Of a stretch of DNA of 29,943 nucleotides, positions 24,599 to 29,943 are shown piece by piece. Source of the DNA: a virus. Lineage: Duplodnaviria > Caudoviricetes. Location: the IMG/VR virus record IMGVR_UViG_3300025018_000426, positions 1 through 29,943 of that record. One strand, 5' to 3'. Every line of letters begins with the position of its first letter. The first letter of the stretch is position 1. A program made the translations under genes and the position numbers. The notes beneath the pieces were generated by a model. That model ran no database searches and was not told the DNA's origin. It worked only from the letters and a program-made list of their open reading frames with translations.

Positions 24599-27202
24599 TT
24601 ATTCTTCTTTATTATCACCAATCTTACCCACCGCACTACCAGCAGCTGGGGCTGTTAAGTAGTAGGCATTTAATTCGTCTACAATACCCGGGATTGAAGC
24701 GTCTGGTGGAATTTTACCTTCGTCGTACCATTTCAAGATAATTTTTTGTACATCTTTCTGATCCACCCTAATTGCTTGTGGTGCTTTTGAACCGACTGCC
24801 TTTTGTAGATTTCTAGCTGCTCCTGTAATGTACCCAAGTTTTGCATACAAAAGGGATGTTATTAATGAGGTTGCTCTATAAAACTTATTTCTTCCACCTT
24901 CAGAATTTATTACCACTTGTAATTCTTGCATATCTTGGAAACCTTTTTGAAGACCTGTGATTTCCTGTGGAGTAAACATGCCATACAAAGTATCACTACC
25001 TGTTCTTTTTTGAGCCTCTGAAAGAGTGACGAACATATCTTCATACGTTTTCATAAAATTGTCACTCACCATCATTTGTCCAGGCTTATCGGGGTCAGGC
25101 ATCAATGTTACATTTCTCTTGTCGAGTAAATCTTTGGTGAGCATTGAACCAAAAACTTGACGTTCAGTGTCGTCAAACTGGTCAATAATACGACCAAGTT
25201 TATCTGGCTCATTAACTACCATACGGTTAAAGTTCTTGGCAACATCGTTGTAGTTACCAGAACGTAGCTCACCAAAAATACTTATTTTATCAATATCTTC
25301 CAAGAATTTAGTGTACTCAGCAGGCTCCAGACCTAAGTTCTTTTGTATATCTACAACTGATGTCCGAAAATCCTGTGAAGTAAAGTCACGGAAAGCTGTC
25401 AACATTTCTCTTTGTTGAGCGTCTAAGAATTGCTCACCACCTTCATAAGAACGCGTTGCTTTTAAGAAATCGTCAATGTATTTATTAGCATCTTCATTGG
25501 ACATTTGTTTAGCCCGTTTCAAAACAGTGTGAACCATCAAGTCTTGAGCTGGTTTTTGATTGCTTCTAAAAACCTCAATCAAAGCATCACGCTCTGGGCC
25601 AGGCTTGAAATTTACAATAGCGTCAACATAATAATCAGCAAAACCAGAGTTCTTCGCCTTATCAAGGCTTGGATTATTGTAAACGGTCTTGGCCTGCTGC
25701 CAAGCAGCGTGAGCCTCATCCCACAATTTTACATCTTCCTTTGGAAGTAAGTTACGAACATCATTCCGCATCTGGTCAACAATGTTATTGATAGCTTTAG
25801 CTTGTGCTGGACTAGCGTCTGCCAAATAAGTGTGACTGCGTTCCATTACGTTCAAAACTTCACCTAATGTTATACCTCCTTCCTTAACAACTTTGACAGA
25901 GTTTAAAAACTGAATGACTTGCTGTGATTCAACTGCGTTTATTTCATCAAATTTACCAGCCTTTATTAGTTCATCTTGTTTAGCTCGATTTATGATAACC
26001 CTACCAGCACTATCAAGCTCAAAACCAAACTCACCCAAAGCATCATTAAATGCTTTATCTGTTTGTGGAGTACCCTCTGTTCTTGAGGTTAAGTTACGAA
26101 CCTGCTGATACAAAGGGTCGGCATCATTACGGAAGCGATTACCAGCATTTTCCCCTAGAGAACGATATAAGTTATGGGTAACTAATCTTTCATTATCTAC
26201 ATTAGGAATCAACGCATCAATCGAAGCGTTACGAGTAGCGACCATGCGCTCATTATATTGTTCCTCAAAAAGATTTCCTTTTTGATTTATTAGTCGTGAC
26301 TGTTGCAAAGTAGGGTTTTTTATATAAGACGGGTCTAATACTTCGGGGTTAGTACGGATAAAATCTTCGATAAATTTATTAAGTCGTTCTGATTCATTGC
26401 GAACGATATCGTCTTGTACTAAACGACCACCATATTTATTAAACAAATTTCCACCAAATCTCATCAACCCAAATGTACCTGTTGTAGCAATATACGCCCC
26501 AGCCCCCTTACCAATCGTAGCCGGGATAGAATCACCTTGGTCAATAGACTGCCCAACACTTGAAGCGGTAGCCAGAGCTGATACCCCTGCGGTATTTTTA
26601 AGTAAATTAATAAATCCTGTACTTTTAATTGCCATTGGTGCGATAGCATAGGAAGCAATCTCGGCTGCCCCAGCACCAGTGTCAACAATCATTCTACCTC
26701 CTGCCTTTAATATGTCACCAGAAGTCACCTGTTCACCACGGTCAAGTCTTTGTTGGATTTCCGATGCTTGGTAGCCAAATGGTTTTATATTCTTACCCAG
26801 AGGCCCGTAGTCCCTTCCTTCCACATTTCTTCGACCAACGTCTTCTATCGAAAAATCAGGACTAACCGCCGCATAAGCCCCTTCAACACCAGCTTGTAGA
26901 CCAGAAACAACACGCATTGGTGTTTTCACAATAGCTCTACCCATATTACCGATCATTGTTGGGTTAGCATTAGTTGTTTCTGGTGTTGAATTAAATGTAT
27001 TTCCCACACCTATCCCTAACTTAGCCAGTGGGTCATTTTCTTGATTTATAATACTTGGAGTTGCGTTTCCTGTTGATGAAGCAGATAGTCCTTCAATCGA
27101 GTGGCCACGACTAATGATGTCACGAATAGCGTCTTCTTCAGACATGTCTTTTGGTCGTGTCTTTACAATTTCTTGTACTTGTTGCCTGTTTAAAACTGCC
27201 AT
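24599..27202 (-). CDS. Large internal-virion/ejection-like protein (867 aa)
   Basis: Helical, Ala/Gly-rich central hydrophobic segment; located after the tail-fibre gene; positional call. Confidence 0.55.
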   Translation of the reverse strand: MAVLNRQQVQEIVKTRPKDMSEEDAIRDIISRGHSIEGLSASSTGNATPSIINQENDPLAKLGIGVGNTFNSTPETTNANPTMIGNMGRAIVKTPMRVVSGLQAGVEGAYAAVSPDFSIEDVGRRNVEGRDYGPLGKNIKPFGYQASEIQQRLDRGEQVTSGDILKAGGRMIVDTGAGAAEIASYAIAPMAIKSTGFINLLKNTAGVSALATASSVGQSIDQGDSIPATIGKGAGAYIATTGTFGLMRFGGNLFNKYGGRLVQDDIVRNESERLNKFIEDFIRTNPEVLDPSYIKNPTLQQSRLINQKGNLFEEQYNERMVATRNASIDALIPNVDNERLVTHNLYRSLGENAGNRFRNDADPLYQQVRNLTSRTEGTPQTDKAFNDALGEFGFELDSAGRVIINRAKQDELIKAGKFDEINAVESQQVIQFLNSVKVVKEGGITLGEVLNVMERSHTYLADASPAQAKAINNIVDQMRNDVRNLLPKEDVKLWDEAHAAWQQAKTVYNNPSLDKAKNSGFADYYVDAIVNFKPGPERDALIEVFRSNQKPAQDLMVHTVLKRAKQMSNEDANKYIDDFLKATRSYEGGEQFLDAQQREMLTAFRDFTSQDFRTSVVDIQKNLGLEPAEYTKFLEDIDKISIFGELRSGNYNDVAKNFNRMVVNEPDKLGRIIDQFDDTERQVFGSMLTKDLLDKRNVTLMPDPDKPGQMMVSDNFMKTYEDMFVTLSEAQKRTGSDTLYGMFTPQEITGLQKGFQDMQELQVVINSEGGRNKFYRATSLITSLLYAKLGYITGAARNLQKAVGSKAPQAIRVDQKDVQKIILKWYDEGKIPPDASIPGIVDELNAYYLTAPAAGSAVGKIGDNKEE

Positions 27203-27203
27203 A

Positions 27204-28904
27204 TTATTGGTTCCACCAGTTATTTATTTGGTCATCGGTGAGAGTTGTACCACCTGTATTTATACCTAGTCCCCAAACTACTGGTTCTTGAGGTTTCTCT
27301 TTTGGGTCTTCAGTAGTTAGATAATCCGAAAGTTTAATGGTGTTCTCTAAACCAAGCGGAGTTGCACGTCTTACGTCGTTGGTAAATTGAGCAATATTGG
27401 CAAGATTTTCCAGTTTAATTTTAACTGTAGTAATATCATCCTCATCAATTACTAAGAATTTATCAGCCGTATGTTTTTCAGTATTAGTAACGGCTGTTCC
27501 GTAGTAGGCTCGTCTAATTTCTGCTTGCGCTGCTTCAACTTGAGAACGCACCTTACTGTATTTAGGGTCACGTTTTAATCCTAGCCAAGGTTTAGAAGAT
27601 TCCAGTAAAGACTTATATGGACCGAATAATAAACTGGAGTCGTTATTTATTTCACTTAGACTTTGCTGTATTACAGGAATAGATTTTTGATATGAGTCAT
27701 ATTCCTCCTTCTGTGCTGCCGTAAACATACTGTTGTATACCCAAGTATAGGCAGCTTCAACACCACCTGTAGAAATCAAGTCAATAATATCGTTTCTACG
27801 TTGTTTTGTAATACCTTTAGAAGCGAGTATTTGGAGTAAGGGTTGTTCTAATTCTTTAGGTATTCCACTTATTGTACTTCTCCCACCTTCATTCTTTTTT
27901 ATCGCATTATAACGACTGGTTTGGGCATTAAACCAATTTAAATCCATTGTTTGCTTAAATTGTCGTTGTTGTTCTGTTTGGTATTCAGCCACTGCTAAAA
28001 CTTGTTCAACTGAACTTAACCCTGTAGCTAATCCTTTTTCAATAAGAGGTGCTAACCCATCATTTATCTCTCCAGTCTGACGAAAATGATTAAGGTTAGA
28101 TTTGAAAGTAGGGTCTTGGCTAAAGTCGTTTATAAAATCAGTAAACGTTTTTTCTGTCAATTTTTGCTTATCAAGCCCAAACTTCTGTTGGTCAAGCCCA
28201 AAACTAGCTGTCTTTAATCCAAAATCTGATTGCCAATTCTGTTGCTCTTGTTTCGCTGCTTGTAGTTTCATGAAGTACTCTAATATGCCCTTCTGAAACT
28301 GACGATTACTCTCCTTCATGGCATTGCTGATTTGCACATACGCCTGAGCATTATTAGCCGCCAATTCATTCTGAGCAATCGTCGCCGCTTGTTGCAACTT
28401 CACAGCTTGCTTATTGTATTCACCAGCAATAGCTCCTTGGAAATTTCGTGCTGTCATCGCTCCTTGTGCTTCTGAGTACGGGTTAAGAGCCGCCGCTTGC
28501 TGGGTAGCGATTTGTGATTGCTTTTGAAAGTCAGATTGTAAATCTTGCATTAAGTTACCGTATTGCTGATTAGTGCGAGCGAGTTGCGAGTCAAAGACAA
28601 GTTGCATTGACTTAATCTCTCCTTGTTGGTCGTCAATCGACTCTTGTTGCTGTTTAAACAGCAAGCTACTCATCGGGTCAAACCCCCCAGTAAAATTGCT
28701 ATCAGCGACTAGGGCATTTCCTCCTTGAAGTTGAGCGTCTTGCTGGTTTTTTTCGTTGATAACCGAGTTGGAGCTAACAATTTTATTATTTTTTAAGGCT
28801 TTTAATCTATCGGTAGCAAAGTTAAGCACTTCTAAAGGGTTTGCTGTTTTATTAGCAATTTGGGTTTCGTATTGAGTGTATTTGTCAGCGGTTTCTTGAA
28901 TCAT
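27204..28904 (-). CDS. Gln-rich coiled-coil internal-virion/ejection-like protein (566 aa)
   Basis: Q/A-rich coiled coils, FGLDQQK repeats, GTAVTNTE motif. Confidence 0.55.
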   Translation of the reverse strand: MIQETADKYTQYETQIANKTANPLEVLNFATDRLKALKNNKIVSSNSVINEKNQQDAQLQGGNALVADSNFTGGFDPMSSLLFKQQQESIDDQQGEIKSMQLVFDSQLARTNQQYGNLMQDLQSDFQKQSQIATQQAAALNPYSEAQGAMTARNFQGAIAGEYNKQAVKLQQAATIAQNELAANNAQAYVQISNAMKESNRQFQKGILEYFMKLQAAKQEQQNWQSDFGLKTASFGLDQQKFGLDKQKLTEKTFTDFINDFSQDPTFKSNLNHFRQTGEINDGLAPLIEKGLATGLSSVEQVLAVAEYQTEQQRQFKQTMDLNWFNAQTSRYNAIKKNEGGRSTISGIPKELEQPLLQILASKGITKQRRNDIIDLISTGGVEAAYTWVYNSMFTAAQKEEYDSYQKSIPVIQQSLSEINNDSSLLFGPYKSLLESSKPWLGLKRDPKYSKVRSQVEAAQAEIRRAYYGTAVTNTEKHTADKFLVIDEDDITTVKIKLENLANIAQFTNDVRRATPLGLENTIKLSDYLTTEDPKEKPQEPVVWGLGINTGGTTLTDDQINNWWNQ

Positions 28905-28906
28905 GT

Positions 28907-29943
28907 CTAAGAATAGTATTCAGTGACGATCACAACCCCTGCAGCACCAGCTCCGCCAGCTTGACCAGAATCATTAGTATCACGACCACCAGAACCGCCA
29001 CCACCATAATTTTTCCCCGCCTGGCCAGTAGCATCGGCGGTTATACTTGCACCACCTAATCCTAAAATGGAACTACCCCCAGCACCAGAATAATAGCCAG
29101 ATACTCCTAAGCCACCCCCACCTGATTGCCCTGATAAATTTAAATCACCACTTGACCCAGCACCTCCAGCACCTCCAGCACCTCCAGCCGTTCCCCCAGC
29201 ACCGCCAGTCGCTTGCAACTGTGAACCAAAAGAAGTTGTGCCACCAGAACCGCCATTAGTTGGGGTTGCCCCCCCAGCACTCCCTGCTGAACCAATTGTA
29301 ACAGTTTCAGTCGCACCTAAAGAAGCGGCTAAAATTAACTTACGGCTATAACCGCCGCCGCCCCCGCCGCCGCCAGTAGCTCCAGAGGTATTGTCTTTTG
29401 CTCCCCCGCCGCCCCCGCCGCCACCGCTAACCTCGACTACGACGTATTTAAGACCAGCATCTTTTGTCCATGTCCCTGAAGAAGTAAAAGTGACAACTTG
29501 TGGTGGTTTTACAGTAGAGTCTGATAAGTCATCGGTAGTTACAAAAGGATTAGTTGAAGATGGAGAATTGTTTATACCAACCAAAGCAGCTTTTTCAGCC
29601 CCAGTCGGTAACTCATAATACTCTGGGTCAAAGTAGAGTTCAGTTGAAGATTTAGCAATACCAATTCGCTTAGAATTAGTACCAGCCGATGAAGAAATCT
29701 CGCCTGCTGTGTTGGAAATATAATAGGTTGTACCAGCGACCAAACCTGAAAAGCCCGATACTAAACCTTTTCGGACTACACCGTTAGTAATACTTGCTTC
29801 AGCCGCTACCGCTGAAAGAGCAACACCGAGCTGTACGTTTTCAATTGTTGTAGTAGTATCAGCGTCAGTTAGCCACCACTTACCGTCACTCTTTAGATAA
29901 ACAACAGCAGGAGCAGAGCTAATTGTTTCGCCAGCCGTAGCGG
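28907..29943 (-). CDS. Tail-fibre-like protein: cement/DUF2190-like domain plus glycine-rich C-terminal domain, 5' end outside the window
   Basis: Frame open to the window end (ATAGETIS...VYLKSDGKWW...GVAL...AGTTYY); TFTSSGTWT...GGGGGGG...GVVIVTEY. Confidence 0.75.
   Translation of the reverse strand, partial: ATAGETISSAPAVVYLKSDGKWWLTDADTTTTIENVQLGVALSAVAAEASITNGVVRKGLVSGFSGLVAGTTYYISNTAGEISSSAGTNSKRIGIAKSSTELYFDPEYYELPTGAEKAALVGINNSPSSTNPFVTTDDLSDSTVKPPQVVTFTSSGTWTKDAGLKYVVVEVSGGGGGGGGAKDNTSGATGGGGGGGGYSRKLILAASLGATETVTIGSAGSAGGATPTNGGSGGTTSFGSQLQATGGAGGTAGGAGGAGGAGSSGDLNLSGQSGGGGLGVSGYYSGAGGSSILGLGGASITADATGQAGKNYGGGGSGGRDTNDSGQAGGAGAAGVVIVTEYYS

Noticed and set aside
1-29943. Stop-codon reassignment (code 15/25)
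   Set aside because: Long genes are intact in code 11; TGA and TAG end genes at sensible overlaps; the MTase break is a frameshift with TAA.
28907-29943. Diversity-generating retroelement targeting the tail fibre
   Set aside because: No reverse transcriptase or template/variable repeat pair seen in the window.

Overview
A 29.9-kb segment of a tailed dsDNA bacteriophage (or prophage) with podovirus/P22-like architecture. Left arm (minus strand): two ribbon-helix-helix regulators, an HNH endonuclease, putative TerS, TerL, GroEL, a doubly frameshifted C5-methyltransferase, an oppositely oriented RecA, and a portal gene that runs off the window edge and carries a 269-aa intein missed by the ORF track. 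A divergent control region (10.5-11.3 kb) has operator repeats, three tandem perfect DnaA boxes and a parS-like site. The plus-strand early/middle block has a stand-alone ArdC-N domain, small proteins, a PD-(D/E)xK nuclease, an SSB, a Zn-ribbon/MoxR AAA+/small beta protein/peptidase-VWA/Gly-Tyr-repeat operon, and a GC-rich, Shine-Dalgarno-led island of four TRASH-like zinc-finger microproteins. Right arm (minus strand): tail-fibre-like and ejection-like proteins, a 3D-domain protein, GroES, an N6-adenine MTase, a P4 CI/P1 C4-like antisense RNA leader, an initiator with internal iterons, a DnaB-like helicase, a stand-alone CHC2 zinc finger and RusA. Most genes lack SD sequences and use TGnTAnnnT promoters, which suggests (inference only) a Patescibacteria-like host. 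All family calls come from motif recognition by eye; no searches were run.
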